Assembly (NCBI GenBank): GCA_014239655.1
Contig: JAAZYM010000060.1
Coordinates: 2,023 to 66,022, forward strand
Origin: Flavobacteriales bacterium
GTDB taxonomy: Bacteria; Bacteroidota; Bacteroidia; Flavobacteriales; BACL11
Length of the DNA stretch: 64,000 nt
Reading direction: 5' to 3'
Below are positions 1 to 10,440 of this stretch, one piece after another (position 1 is the stretch's first letter; each line of letters begins with the position of its first letter). The position numbers and the translations under genes were made by a program. Below the pieces are notes generated by a model. It searched no databases, had not been told where the DNA came from, and saw only the letters and a program-made list of their open reading frames with translations.

Positions 1-3000
1 TGTTAATATTTATGTTTTGTGTATTATCTTCAGATGCACAGAATAAGATTAGTGTATTTTCTGATGATTATACAACCTATTTAGATGAGTTAAATGTATT
101 GATGAGTGCATCTAATAATTCAGAATTAAAAGATAATTATAAAAGATTTAAGAAGATTTCATCTAATAATTTTACTAGTTCACAGCAAGACTTGATAATT
201 AGTATCTCAAATAGAATGCTTAATAAAAGATTAAAGGTGTCTAATCATTTTAATCATTTTATTTTATCTCTTACTTCTATAAAAGGCAATTCTTCAGTAG
301 ATGTTAATTTAGATAATTGGCTTGAAATTGTCACTGAAGTTATTGATGATTTTTCAAGTAAAAAATTGTTAATGTTTTTTTATTTTACTACTGAATTGGT
401 AGAAAATAAGATTCTTAGAGAAACTAAAACTACTAGTTGGAAAACATCTTCAAGTGAGTATCTGTTTGGTGTTAATGATAAAGGGCCTTATGTTTACTTT
501 CCTAAAAATTCTGATGTTATTTGCATGTCAGATGGAGGTAAATTAACTGTCTTAAATACTAATGGAAAATATTTTCCATTTCTCAATAAATGGGAAGGGT
601 TTAGTGGTCAAATGAATTGGATACAAAAGGGTATAAGTTCTGACTCTATTTATGTTGATTTACAAGGATATAATATTGATACCCGATCAACTATAATAAA
701 GGCCGATTCTGTTTCTTTAATTAACAAGTATTTTAATAAACCTTTAATGGGTGTTTTTACCGATAAGATAACTACTGGAAGGCAAGCAGATAATTATCCT
801 AGTTTTATTTCTTATGATAAAGATATAGTAATTAAAGATGTTTACCCAGAGGTTGATTATAAGGGTGGATATAAGCTTCAAGGAAGTGATTTTATTGCAG
901 ATGGGGGTAAATATGCAGATGCAAAGCTTATTTTTAATAATAAAGGGAAGACTTTATTTGTTGCTAATGCAAATAGATTTATACTTGGTGGTGATGTGAT
1001 TTCATCTAAACAAGTTGGTATTAAAATATATTTTGATAATGATTCTTTATATCATTCAAACTTAAAGTTTTCATATAATAATATAAAAAGAAAATTAAAA
1101 TTAACTAAGAGCGGAAGATATCGATCACCAATGTTAAATACATACCACAAATTAAATATGGAGTTTGAATTGCTTGAGTGGGAGATTGATAAAAATATTA
1201 TAACCTTTGGTTCATTGCCAGGAACTTCTATTTCAGAGGTGAGTTTTGAATCTATTGATATGTATTTGGAGACAAGATTTGATGAGTTGCAAGGAATAGA
1301 CGCTGTTCACCCTTTAATATTAGTAGATAGATATGTGACTGAAAAAGAGGAGAAACAGTTTTATGTTGAGGATTTTGCTCGTTATGCTAAATTTCCTCTG
1401 GCGCAGATTCAAAGTTATTTAATGGATTTGGCTAATAAGGGGTTTGTTTTTTATGATTTTGGCGAGGAGCGTATTACTGTTCTTCCTAGTTTATCTAGAT
1501 ATGTTCTTGCCAAGTCAAAGCAAGGAGATTATGATGTGATTCAGTTTAACTCTAAGGTTAATGGTAATTCTTTAGTAATCGTTAATGCTGCTTTAAATAT
1601 TCAATCAAAAGATTTAATTATAAGAGGAATAAATAAAATTGCCGTTAGTGACTCCCAAAAAGTTGCATTTTATCCACGAGGAGGAGAAGTAAAAATTTTG
1701 AAGAACAGAGATTTTGTTTTTAATGGTAGGGTTTTTGCAGGTAATGGTAGAGTTAATTTATATGGGAGAGATTTTCATTTTAAATATGATGATTTTAAAG
1801 TTGATCTTCAGCAGATTGATTCAGTACAATTATCTGTTCCATTAAAGCCATTAAGATTTGATCTTTATAATAATCCATTATTAACTAGAGTTAAAACTGT
1901 TATTGAGGCGGTTACTGGAGAATTAATTATTGATCATCCATCAAATAAATCAGGTCTTAGAAAGAATATGTTTTCACAATATCCAATTTTCAAAAGTTTT
2001 AACGATTCTTATGTCTATTATGATAGTCCAAAAATATTTAATGGTATTTATAAGAGAGATGCTTTTTCCTTTCATTTAGAACCTTTTACAATAGATAGTT
2101 TAGAGAGTTATAATGGTGATGGATTGTGGTTTGCGGGTACATTTAGTTCTTCAGATATTTTTCCAGTTTTTGATGACACCTTACGATTGAAGAATGATTA
2201 TTCTTTAGGTTTCTCTAGAAAAACACCAATAGAAGGATTTCCTTTGTATAATGGTAAGGCAAGATATTTTAATGATATTTTATTAGGAAATGATGGTTTA
2301 AGAGGTAGCGGAAGGTTTGAGTATTTGTCTTCAGTAGTTCATTCTGATGATATAATATTTTATCCTGATTCAACAGATTTATTGTCCAATGCATTAACCA
2401 TTAATGAAATTAATAAGGGAATTGAGTTTCCTCAGGTTTCAAATACAAAGGCTTTTTGTCATTTTGAGCCTTATTTAGATAAGTTAAATATTTATAAAAC
2501 ACATGATATGTTTAGTTTATATTCTGGTAAATCTAGTCTTGAGGGAGATATATTATTACAACCAATAGGTTTGACTGGAAATGGTATTATGAAGCTTGAT
2601 TTAGCAGAGGTGTCATCTAATTTTTTCTCTTTTAATTCAAAATGGTTTAAAGCAGATACAGCAAATTTAAATGTTTTGGACAATACAAATTCTTTAGCTT
2701 TTAGTGCTCAGAATCTACGAGCAAATATCGATATTTCAGACAGAAAAGGTATTTTTTATTCTAATGGGATAGGTTCTTACGTGAATTTTCCAGCAAGTGA
2801 ATATATATGTTATATAGATAAGTTAATATGGGAGATGGATAAAGAGCAATTAACCTTTAGTGAAGAAATTAATTCTAAAAATTCAGGCTCAAGATTTGTT
2901 TCTTTAAATTCTACACAAGATTCATTATCATTTGTTGCAAAGAATGCAGATTATAATCTTAAAGATTATATAATCAATGCTTATGGTGTTGATAGTATAA

Positions 3001-4391
3001 ATGTTGCTGATGCTGTTATTTATCCTGATTCAGGATTCTTAACAGTTGAAAGGAATGCTAATATAAGACCTCTATCTAGTGCTAGATTAATTGTTGATCC
3101 TCTAGTTAGGTATCATAATTTTACTAATTCTACAATAGAGATTAATGGGGCTAACAGATATTCTGGATCAGGGGATTATGTATATATAGATGCTTTAGAT
3201 AATAAACAAGATGTTTATTTTTCTAATATAAGTGTAAATGATGATACTATAACATATGCTACTGGATTGGTAGATGAAAGTAGAGACTTTAAAATTGGTA
3301 ATAGATATAATTTTAAGGGAGAAGTACAGTTGTTAGGAGATCGGAAAAATTTAACTTTTAATGGCTTTTTTAAGACAAATCATAATTGTTTATCTTTTTC
3401 TAAAGAATGGATAAAATTTTCATCTGAGATTAATTCTTCAGGTATTTTATTCAAGATTAATGATGATCTGTATAATGATAAAGATGATAAGCTTTCTTCA
3501 GGGATTTTCTTTAGTAGAGATTCATCAATTTATTATTCAGCTTTTTTAAGTTCTAAGAAGAAAGCGATAGATCCTGATTTGTTTACTGCAAATTCAAATG
3601 TTTATTATAATCATCAGAATTCTTCTTTTATTGTTGGAGGTTTAGATTCTGTTTCAAATTATTTAGTTCTTGATAATAAGACATGTGCAGTGTCAGGAGC
3701 AGGCGCAGTAGATTTAAATTTAAATCTTGGAAGAATTAAAACAAAAACGGTTGGTAAAATTTCAAATATTGATAAAAATAATCTAAGTCTGGATGGTTTT
3801 TTAATGTTGGATTTTGATTTTTCAGAAAAGGCTATGGAGATTATGGCTCAGGATATCTTTTCAGCTCCTGGAGATGAAATGTTTGAATACACTCAAGATT
3901 ATGCAGATAATCTATCAAGAATTGTAGGAAATGACCGTAAAGATGAATTAATGATTGACTTAGAGATGCATGATGCATTCGAAAAATTACCTAAATCAAT
4001 GAGTTATACTCTGGCATTTACTGATATAAATTTAAATTGGGATAAGAAAAACAAATCATTTGTCTCTAAAGGTAATATAGGTATAGGTAGTATTGATAAG
4101 ACACAGATAAATGGAATTTTAGAAGGCCATGTGTTAATTGAAAAAGGTAGGAATTCAGATATATTAACTATTTATCTACGAACAGAATTTTATGACGAAT
4201 ATTTCTTTGTGTACAAGAATGGTTTAATGAGAGCTATTTCTACAAATCCTGAGTTTAATCTTGCTATATCTGGAGTGAAAGATAAGAAAAGAAAATCTAA
4301 GTCAGTTCAGGGCGCTACTCCCTACAGGTATATGTTAGCTAATGAAGATGCTCCAGAGAAATTTTTAAAAAGAATGAAGAAACAATTCTAA
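1..4391 (+). CDS. Very large secreted/envelope hypothetical protein (>1459 aa), N-terminus cut by the window edge
   Basis: The ORF is uninterrupted to 4391. The frame stays open upstream of the ATG at 12 back to base 3. The first residues (LIFMFCVLSSDAQ) look like the tail of a signal peptide, so the real start probably lies just left of the window. No catalytic motif was recognised. Composition is N/S/D/Y/F-rich and looks beta-rich. Confidence 0.6.
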   Translation, partial: LIFMFCVLSSDAQNKISVFSDDYTTYLDELNVLMSASNNSELKDNYKRFKKISSNNFTSSQQDLIISISNRMLNKRLKVSNHFNHFILSLTSIKGNSSVDVNLDNWLEIVTEVIDDFSSKKLLMFFYFTTELVENKILRETKTTSWKTSSSEYLFGVNDKGPYVYFPKNSDVICMSDGGKLTVLNTNGKYFPFLNKWEGFSGQMNWIQKGISSDSIYVDLQGYNIDTRSTIIKADSVSLINKYFNKPLMGVFTDKITTGRQADNYPSFISYDKDIVIKDVYPEVDYKGGYKLQGSDFIADGGKYADAKLIFNNKGKTLFVANANRFILGGDVISSKQVGIKIYFDNDSLYHSNLKFSYNNIKRKLKLTKSGRYRSPMLNTYHKLNMEFELLEWEIDKNIITFGSLPGTSISEVSFESIDMYLETRFDELQGIDAVHPLILVDRYVTEKEEKQFYVEDFARYAKFPLAQIQSYLMDLANKGFVFYDFGEERITVLPSLSRYVLAKSKQGDYDVIQFNSKVNGNSLVIVNAALNIQSKDLIIRGINKIAVSDSQKVAFYPRGGEVKILKNRDFVFNGRVFAGNGRVNLYGRDFHFKYDDFKVDLQQIDSVQLSVPLKPLRFDLYNNPLLTRVKTVIEAVTGELIIDHPSNKSGLRKNMFSQYPIFKSFNDSYVYYDSPKIFNGIYKRDAFSFHLEPFTIDSLESYNGDGLWFAGTFSSSDIFPVFDDTLRLKNDYSLGFSRKTPIEGFPLYNGKARYFNDILLGNDGLRGSGRFEYLSSVVHSDDIIFYPDSTDLLSNALTINEINKGIEFPQVSNTKAFCHFEPYLDKLNIYKTHDMFSLYSGKSSLEGDILLQPIGLTGNGIMKLDLAEVSSNFFSFNSKWFKADTANLNVLDNTNSLAFSAQNLRANIDISDRKGIFYSNGIGSYVNFPASEYICYIDKLIWEMDKEQLTFSEEINSKNSGSRFVSLNSTQDSLSFVAKNADYNLKDYIINAYGVDSINVADAVIYPDSGFLTVERNANIRPLSSARLIVDPLVRYHNFTNSTIEINGANRYSGSGDYVYIDALDNKQDVYFSNISVNDDTITYATGLVDESRDFKIGNRYNFKGEVQLLGDRKNLTFNGFFKTNHNCLSFSKEWIKFSSEINSSGILFKINDDLYNDKDDKLSSGIFFSRDSSIYYSAFLSSKKKAIDPDLFTANSNVYYNHQNSSFIVGGLDSVSNYLVLDNKTCAVSGAGAVDLNLNLGRIKTKTVGKISNIDKNNLSLDGFLMLDFDFSEKAMEIMAQDIFSAPGDEMFEYTQDYADNLSRIVGNDRKDELMIDLEMHDAFEKLPKSMSYTLAFTDINLNWDKKNKSFVSKGNIGIGSIDKTQINGILEGHVLIEKGRNSDILTIYLRTEFYDEYFFVYKNGLMRAISTNPEFNLAISGVKDKKRKSKSVQGATPYRYMLANEDAPEKFLKRMKKQF

Positions 4392-4412
4392 TTACTATAT
4401 TAATTAGCTTTT

Positions 4413-5036
4413 ATGGATCAATTATATTTATACCTTTTTATTCTTATTTCATATTTAACGGGTTCTTTTCCATCAGCAGTATTAATTGGTAAATTTTTTT
4501 ACAAGAAAGATGTTAGAGAATTTGGAAGTGGAAATGCTGGTGCGACAAATACTTTTAGAGTATTAGGAACAAAAGCTGGAATTCCAGTTTTAATAATTGA
4601 TGTTTTTAAAGGATGGTTATCAGTTAATTATATTTATTTAACAGATTTAGGATTTAATAATATAGACTTGTTTTTTCAGTATCAATTAGTTTTTGGTATT
4701 GCAGCTGTTCTAGGTCATCTTTTTCCTATTTATACAGGGTTTAGAGGAGGGAAAGGAATTGCTACTTTATTAGGTTTATTATTGGCAATTAATCCATATG
4801 CAGCATTGTTTTCTTGTATAGTTTTTGTTTTTGTTTTATTGGTTTCAAGATATGTTTTTTTTGCATCAATATTTTCATCTTTGGCTTTTCCAATATTTAT
4901 TTATTTTTTCTCAGGCACAACTAATGTATCCTTAATTATATTTTCTATTTTTGTTCCAGTACTCACATTAATTACTCATCAAAAAAATATAGAAAGATTA
5001 TTAAAGGGAGAGGAGGTTAGAGTTAAATTTAAATAG
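4413..5036 (+). CDS. plsY: Glycerol-3-phosphate acyltransferase PlsY
   Basis: 207-aa polytopic membrane protein with the PlsY signature GSGNAGATN near the N-terminus and a GGKG motif (FRGGKGIAT). Confidence 0.85.
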   Translation: MDQLYLYLFILISYLTGSFPSAVLIGKFFYKKDVREFGSGNAGATNTFRVLGTKAGIPVLIIDVFKGWLSVNYIYLTDLGFNNIDLFFQYQLVFGIAAVLGHLFPIYTGFRGGKGIATLLGLLLAINPYAALFSCIVFVFVLLVSRYVFFASIFSSLAFPIFIYFFSGTTNVSLIIFSIFVPVLTLITHQKNIERLLKGEEVRVKFK

Positions 5037-5043
5037 TTATTAT

Positions 5044-5313
5044 ATGTCTTTAGAATACAACAAGCAAAATAAAATTCATAAAAAAAGTGTTGGTCATAAA
5101 ACACTCTATCTTATTGATGATAGCTTTAATACTTTTGATCATGTTATTGATTGTCTTGTTGCAATTTGTGATCATTCTCCTATTCAGGCAGAACAATGTG
5201 CCCTCTTAACACATTATAATGGAAAATGTGATATCCTATGTGGTGAGATCTCTGAATTAAAACCATTTCAAGAAGACCTTGAGCTTTATGGTTTAAATGT
5301 TCAAATTTTATAA
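5044..5313 (+). CDS. clpS: ATP-dependent Clp protease adaptor ClpS
   Basis: 89 aa. The core LYLIDDSFNTFDHVIDCLVAICDHSPIQAEQCALLTHYNGKC matches the conserved ClpS fold pattern (D-x-x-N-T/P-x-x-x-V, then the Q-A helix). Confidence 0.8.
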   Translation: MSLEYNKQNKIHKKSVGHKTLYLIDDSFNTFDHVIDCLVAICDHSPIQAEQCALLTHYNGKCDILCGEISELKPFQEDLELYGLNVQIL

Positions 5314-5328
5314 TAATATAAAACATAT

Positions 5329-5402
5329 GGCTCTGTAGCTTAACTGGATAGAGCACCTGACTACGGATCAGGAGGTTAGGGGTTCGAATCCCTTCAGAGT
5401 CA
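5329..5402 (+). tRNA. tRNA-Arg (anticodon ACG)
   Basis: 74-nt cloverleaf. Acceptor stem GGCTCTG/CAGAGTC, D-arm TAGCTTAACTGGATAGAGCA. Anticodon stem CCTGA/TCAGG with loop CT-ACG-GA. T-arm GGGGTTCGAATCCCT. Confidence 0.9.
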
Positions 5403-5451
5403 CAAAAAAGCCCTTATGCTAATAATACTATACATAGTAGTATAAGTTTTC

Positions 5452-6291
5452 TTAATTTTCAATATAGATAGTTACTGATTTATTTAAATCCAATTGTGTA
5501 AGTATAGGATATTTTTGATTTTTATCAATCAATTCTATCCTACTTGTGTTTGGAGGAGAAGTTCCTAGGCTAGTTGCTTCTATAACAATTCTATTTTGAC
5601 CTTCTAGTAGTTTATATTTAATTCTTTTAGATTTATTAGTAGTTTTATATTTATCTAAAATAAGATTATCATTAATTGATAAGTTAATTTCATCTCCATC
5701 TTCTTGATTGCTATCCCAAATTTTGATGGTTATATATTTTGAGGTCCAGTTAATATTGAAGCTATCACCATCTTTAAGAATTTTGGTTTTAGTTATTTCT
5801 TTTTTAGCTTCCTTCTTTTTTAGTTTGTCTATTTTCTTTTCAATCTTTTTAATTTTTTTTTCAATGAATAATTTTTCCATCAACATAATCTTTCCATTTG
5901 CACAAAAGGAGCTATCTAAAAAATTGCCTGTAAAATTCCCTTCAATTCTCTTTTTAGTAAATCGATTTTTTATTTTTAAATTCATCCTTATATAACAGAA
6001 GCTGTTTATTGGTTTTTCTGATTTTGTGTAAATTATTTGTGTTTCTTGAAGCTGGAATGTTTTGTCTTCTTTAAAATAGAGTCCTTGTATTTCGCTTTTT
6101 GTCTCATCTTCTGTGTCATGATTTGTCATGGAGTATCCTGACACTTTTCCGTCTTTCTCAATTAAATCAAGTGAAAAACTCATTGGAGCGTTGTTTTCTA
6201 AAATAATTGTTCCGAAATATTTGTGTTCCTTAATTTGAGCTGTAGTAAATTGAGATAATAGTATAGTGAATAGAAGAAATTTATATTTCAT
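5452..6291 (-). CDS. Secreted hypothetical protein with a central Lys/Glu-rich linker
   Basis: 279-aa ORF with an N-terminal signal peptide (MKYKFLLFTILLSQFTTAQ). No enzymatic motif recognised. The long ORF has normal codon usage. Confidence 0.55.
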   Translation of the reverse strand: MKYKFLLFTILLSQFTTAQIKEHKYFGTIILENNAPMSFSLDLIEKDGKVSGYSMTNHDTEDETKSEIQGLYFKEDKTFQLQETQIIYTKSEKPINSFCYIRMNLKIKNRFTKKRIEGNFTGNFLDSSFCANGKIMLMEKLFIEKKIKKIEKKIDKLKKKEAKKEITKTKILKDGDSFNINWTSKYITIKIWDSNQEDGDEINLSINDNLILDKYKTTNKSKRIKYKLLEGQNRIVIEATSLGTSPPNTSRIELIDKNQKYPILTQLDLNKSVTIYIEN

Positions 6292-7600
6292 TAAAATTTA
6301 TTTTGTTAAAGTTTCCTGAACTCATTAATAATAAATTAGTGTTATTATGATATACTTTCTTCAAATGTTTTTTAAGTTGATTATTATCTGTAATAATAGT
6401 AAGGTTTTTCTTGTTAAAAGCAAATCTAACATCATCTTTGCTTATTGGTTCAAGGCCTTTATGTTTTATTGCCTCTAAACTAAAATAAACTATAGCCTCA
6501 TCAGCATCATTCATACTATTTTTATATTGTTGAAGGAAGTTTTTGTTTAAACTGCTAAATGTATGTAGTTCCATACAAGCAATCAGTTTTCTTTCTTTAA
6601 ACTGCATTTTCACAGCTTTAATAGTTGCTTTTAATTTTGACGGTGAATGAGCAAAATCTTTGAATATAGCAGAGTTATTATCATTTCTCAAAAGTTCAAG
6701 TCTATTTGATGCGCCAGCAAATGTTTTAATCTGATTCATAAAATCTTTATTTGAAACTCCTAATTCATAACAAACCATCTTTGCAGCATTAAGGTTTTGA
6801 AGATTGTGGTCTCCAAAAATTTTTAGTGGTATATCATTCAAGTATGTTATGCCATTTTGTATTGAGTGATCTGGTGTTGAATATCCTATTGTTTTGCAAT
6901 TTTCTCCTTCAATAATTAATTTTAATAGTTCAGAATCTTCTTCGCAATAGATTAAACAGTCAGAAATCAGATTTTTAAAAACTCTAAACTGATCTACATA
7001 ATTTTCAAATGTTGGAAAAACATTTATGTGGTCCCATGCAATACCACTAATAACACCAATATTTGGTTTATACAAGTGGAATTTCGGTCTTCTATCAATA
7101 GGTGAAGATAGATACTCATCTCCTTCTAAAATTATAATTGGAGCATGGTCAGTTAATTTAACCATAACATCAAAGCCTTTTAGTTGTGCTCCAACCATAT
7201 AATCACATTCAATATTTAGATGCTGAAGAACATGTAAAATCATTGCAGTGATTGAGGTTTTTCCATGACTTCCTCCAATTACGACTCTTTTCTTTTTTTT
7301 GCTTTGTTCGTAAATATATTCTGGATAGGAATATATGTTTAGGTTTAATTCTCTTGCTTTCAATAATTCAGGATTATCTTCTTTAGCATGCATTCCTAAA
7401 ATAATTGCATCGATATCTTTAGTTATGTTTTTTTCATACCATCCTATCTTTTTAGGTAGTAGTCCTTTCTCAGATAATCTGCTTTTTGATGGTTCAAAAA
7501 TTTGATCGTCAGAACCAGTTATGCTATAACCTTTATAATGCAGAGCTAAGGCAAGGTTATGCATAGCACTTCCGCCAATTGCTATTAAATGAATTTTCAT
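6281..7600 (-). CDS. mpl: Mur ligase family protein, Mpl-like (UDP-N-acetylmuramate:tripeptide ligase type)
   Basis: N-terminal Rossmann motif IAIGGSAMHNLA...GSDD, ATP-binding P-loop GSHGKTS, and Mur-ligase central and C-terminal domains. I place the start at the ATG at 7598-7600 (MKIHLIAIGG). The 26 upstream codons in the track are a poor N-terminus and would overlap the divergent gene. Confidence 0.7.
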   Translation of the reverse strand: MKIHLIAIGGSAMHNLALALHYKGYSITGSDDQIFEPSKSRLSEKGLLPKKIGWYEKNITKDIDAIILGMHAKEDNPELLKARELNLNIYSYPEYIYEQSKKKKRVVIGGSHGKTSITAMILHVLQHLNIECDYMVGAQLKGFDVMVKLTDHAPIIILEGDEYLSSPIDRRPKFHLYKPNIGVISGIAWDHINVFPTFENYVDQFRVFKNLISDCLIYCEEDSELLKLIIEGENCKTIGYSTPDHSIQNGITYLNDIPLKIFGDHNLQNLNAAKMVCYELGVSNKDFMNQIKTFAGASNRLELLRNDNNSAIFKDFAHSPSKLKATIKAVKMQFKERKLIACMELHTFSSLNKNFLQQYKNSMNDADEAIVYFSLEAIKHKGLEPISKDDVRFAFNKKNLTIITDNNQLKKHLKKVYHNNTNLLLMSSGNFNKINFNEI

Positions 7601-7676
7601 TTTATCTAAATATTTGCTTTTTAAATTTATCATATAATTCAACTTTATTACTTTTGGTAGGATAAAATTTACTAAC

Positions 7677-8519
7677 ATGAAATTGTATACAATAGATACG
7701 GGTTATTTTAAATTAGATGGTGGAGCTATGTTTGGTGTTGTTCCTAAGGTTTTATGGAGTAGGACAAATCCTGCTGATGAAAATAATTTATGTCCTTGGG
7801 CTATGAGATCATTATTGATTGAAGATGGAGATAGACTCATATTGATTGATAATGGAATTGGTGATAAACAAGATGATAGGTTTTTAAGACATTATTATCT
7901 TCATGGTCATGATACACTTGATAAATCATTGAATAGACATGGGTTTTTACCAGAAGATATTACGGATGTTTTTTTAACGCATCTTCATTTTGATCATTGT
8001 GGAGGGAGTGTTAAGTGGAATAAGGATAGGACAGGATTTGAGATGGTATTTAAGAATGCTAGGTATTGGAGCAATAAAGTTCATTGGGAACATGCATTAA
8101 ATTCTAATTATAGAGAAAAAGCATCTTTTTTAAAAGATAACATCCTGCCTATACAGGAAAGTGGTAATTTAAATTTTATTGATAGAGAAAAAAAGTTTTT
8201 AGATTTTATTGATGTGCTTTTTGTGGATGGTCACACCGAATCACAGATGATACCTCATATTAAATATAAGAACCAGACTATAATATTTGCAGCAGATTTA
8301 CTTCCCAGTACTGGACATGTTCCTTTAGCATATGTTATGGGTTATGATATTCAACCATTAAAGACATTAAATGAGAAGAAAGATTTTTTATTAGATGCTG
8401 CGAATAATAAGCATATTATCTTTTTACAGCATGATAACTATAATGAATGTTGTACAGTTAAATTGTCTGAGAAGGGAGTGGTGTTAGATCAGACTTTTAG
8501 ATTGTCTGATATATTATAA
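7677..8519 (+). CDS. MBL-fold metallo-hydrolase
   Basis: Contains the metallo-beta-lactamase motif THLHFDHCGG plus downstream His/Asp ligands (VDGHTE, LQHD). Confidence 0.8.
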   Translation: MKLYTIDTGYFKLDGGAMFGVVPKVLWSRTNPADENNLCPWAMRSLLIEDGDRLILIDNGIGDKQDDRFLRHYYLHGHDTLDKSLNRHGFLPEDITDVFLTHLHFDHCGGSVKWNKDRTGFEMVFKNARYWSNKVHWEHALNSNYREKASFLKDNILPIQESGNLNFIDREKKFLDFIDVLFVDGHTESQMIPHIKYKNQTIIFAADLLPSTGHVPLAYVMGYDIQPLKTLNEKKDFLLDAANNKHIIFLQHDNYNECCTVKLSEKGVVLDQTFRLSDIL

Positions 8520-8525
8520 TTTATA

Positions 8526-8693
8526 TTACTTTAAGTCTCTATATAGTTTTTCTGCACCAATCCATATTAATATTATTGGCCAATATGTAGTAATAAGGTG
8601 AGTGATAGAAATATTAATATGTCCTAGATTGTCAAGTAAGAATAATACGCCGGTAACCATAAGAAGGACTGATAAGCCAATACTTTTTTTCAT
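8526..8693 (-). CDS. Small 2-TM membrane protein (55 aa), below the ORF-track cutoff
   Basis: My own translation of the minus strand gives MKKSIGLSVLLMVTGVLFLLDNLGHINISITHLITTYWPIILIWIGAEKLYRDLK, ATG to TAA. It has two clear hydrophobic helices and fills an otherwise empty 230-nt gap. It is reminiscent of LiaF-N/DUF5668-type small membrane proteins, but that is unverified. Confidence 0.4.
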   Translation of the reverse strand: MKKSIGLSVLLMVTGVLFLLDNLGHINISITHLITTYWPIILIWIGAEKLYRDLK

Positions 8694-8749
8694 CTTTTAA
8701 AATTTAAGTGGAACTAATATTTATTTTTGTATAAAAATAAATAAAATAA

Positions 8750-10438
8750 ATGTCAGAAGATAAAAAAGTTATTTTTTCAATGGTAGGGGTCTCAAAATCA
8801 TTTAATAATAACAATAAGCAAGTGTTAAAAGATATTTATTTGTCTTTTTTCTATGGGGCAAAGATTGGTATAATAGGTCTTAATGGTTCTGGGAAGTCAA
8901 CATTATTAAAGATAATTGCTGGATTAGATAAATCATTTCAGGGAGAGGTTCATTTCTCAGATGAATATAATGTGGAATACTTAGAGCAAGACCCAAAGTT
9001 AGATGAGACTAAAACTGTTATAGATATTGTAAAGGAAGGCATGCAAGAGTCTGTAGATGTGTTAAATGAATATAATGCAATAAATGAAAAATTTGCTTTA
9101 CCAGAGTATTATGAGGATACTAATAAGATGGAAGAGTTGATGAGAAAACAGGGAGAGTTACAAGATCAGATTGATGCCCTTGATGCTTGGGATCTTGACA
9201 CTAAATTAAATATTGCAATGGATGCATTAAGATGTCCAGAATCAGACACAAGTATTTCTGTTTTATCAGGAGGGGAAAGAAGAAGAGTTGCTTTATGTAG
9301 GTTATTACTCAAAGAGCCTGAAATTTTATTGCTTGATGAACCAACAAATCATCTTGATGCTGAGTCTGTTATGTGGTTAGAACAACATCTTTCTAAATAT
9401 AAGGGAACAGTTATAGCAATTACTCATGATAGATATTTTCTTGATAATGTTGCTGGATGGATTCTTGAACTTGATAGAGGAGAAGGTATTCCATGGAAAG
9501 GTAATTATTCATCATGGCTAGATCAAAAATCAAAAAGATTAGCAAAGGAAGAAAAAGTTGAAAGCAAGAGAAGAAAAACACTTGAAAGGGAGTTAGAATG
9601 GGTAAGAATGTCTCCTAAGGGTAGGAGAACAAAGTCAAAGGCGAGGCTTAATAATTACGAGCAATTGCTTCAAGATAATTCTAAAGATAAAGAAGAAAAA
9701 ATAGAATTATATATTCCTCCAGGTCCTAGGTTAGGTAATAATGTTATTGATGCGATAAATGTTTCAAAAAGTTTCGATGATAAATTATTATATGATAATT
9801 TAGAATTCAAGCTTCCACCAGCTGGTATTGTTGGAATTATAGGTCCTAATGGAGCTGGAAAAACAACATTATTTAGAATGATAATGGATCAGGAAAAGGC
9901 TGATAGTGGAGTTTTTAAGGTTGGAGAAACTGTTAAGATAGCTTATGTTGATCAACAACATGCGGAGATTGATTTAAATAAAACTATTTGGGAGCAAATA
10001 ACAGAAGGGCAAGAACAAATTAATGTGGGAGGGAAGCTTATGAATTCTAGAGCTTATGTAGCAAAATTTAATTTTAATGGATCAGATCAAAACAAGAAGG
10101 TTGGAGTTTTGTCTGGTGGAGAAAGGAATAGATTGCATCTAGCTCTTACTCTAAGAAAAGAAGCTAATGTGTTGCTTTTAGATGAGCCAACTAATGATCT
10201 GGATGTTAACACTTTAAGAGCTTTAGAAGAGGGTTTAAATAATTTTGCTGGCTGTGCAGTAATTATTTCACATGATAGATGGTTCTTAGATAGAGTATGT
10301 ACTCATATATTAGCTTTTGAGGGTAATTCTAGTGTATATTATTTTGAAGGTAGTTATTCAGATTATGAGGAAAATAAAAAGAAAAGAATCGGCGATATAT
10401 CTCCAACAAGAATAAAGTATAAAAAACTTAAGCGTTAG
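8750..10438 (+). CDS. ettA: Energy-dependent translational throttle ABC-F ATPase EttA
   Basis: 562 aa with two ABC cassettes. Walker A motifs GLNGSGKST and GPNGAGKTT. Signature motifs LSGGERRR and LSGGERNR. No TM domain, and an inter-domain PtIM-like linker. The length and N-terminus are typical of EttA. Confidence 0.9.
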   Translation: MSEDKKVIFSMVGVSKSFNNNNKQVLKDIYLSFFYGAKIGIIGLNGSGKSTLLKIIAGLDKSFQGEVHFSDEYNVEYLEQDPKLDETKTVIDIVKEGMQESVDVLNEYNAINEKFALPEYYEDTNKMEELMRKQGELQDQIDALDAWDLDTKLNIAMDALRCPESDTSISVLSGGERRRVALCRLLLKEPEILLLDEPTNHLDAESVMWLEQHLSKYKGTVIAITHDRYFLDNVAGWILELDRGEGIPWKGNYSSWLDQKSKRLAKEEKVESKRRKTLERELEWVRMSPKGRRTKSKARLNNYEQLLQDNSKDKEEKIELYIPPGPRLGNNVIDAINVSKSFDDKLLYDNLEFKLPPAGIVGIIGPNGAGKTTLFRMIMDQEKADSGVFKVGETVKIAYVDQQHAEIDLNKTIWEQITEGQEQINVGGKLMNSRAYVAKFNFNGSDQNKKVGVLSGGERNRLHLALTLRKEANVLLLDEPTNDLDVNTLRALEEGLNNFAGCAVIISHDRWFLDRVCTHILAFEGNSSVYYFEGSYSDYEENKKKRIGDISPTRIKYKKLKR

Positions 10439-10440
10439 AT

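Noticed and set aside
5329-6291. tRNA-Arg as an integration site for a genomic island (hypothetical gene immediately downstream).
   Set aside because: I could see no integrase, no direct repeat of the tRNA 3' end, and no compositional break. The flanking genes are core housekeeping.
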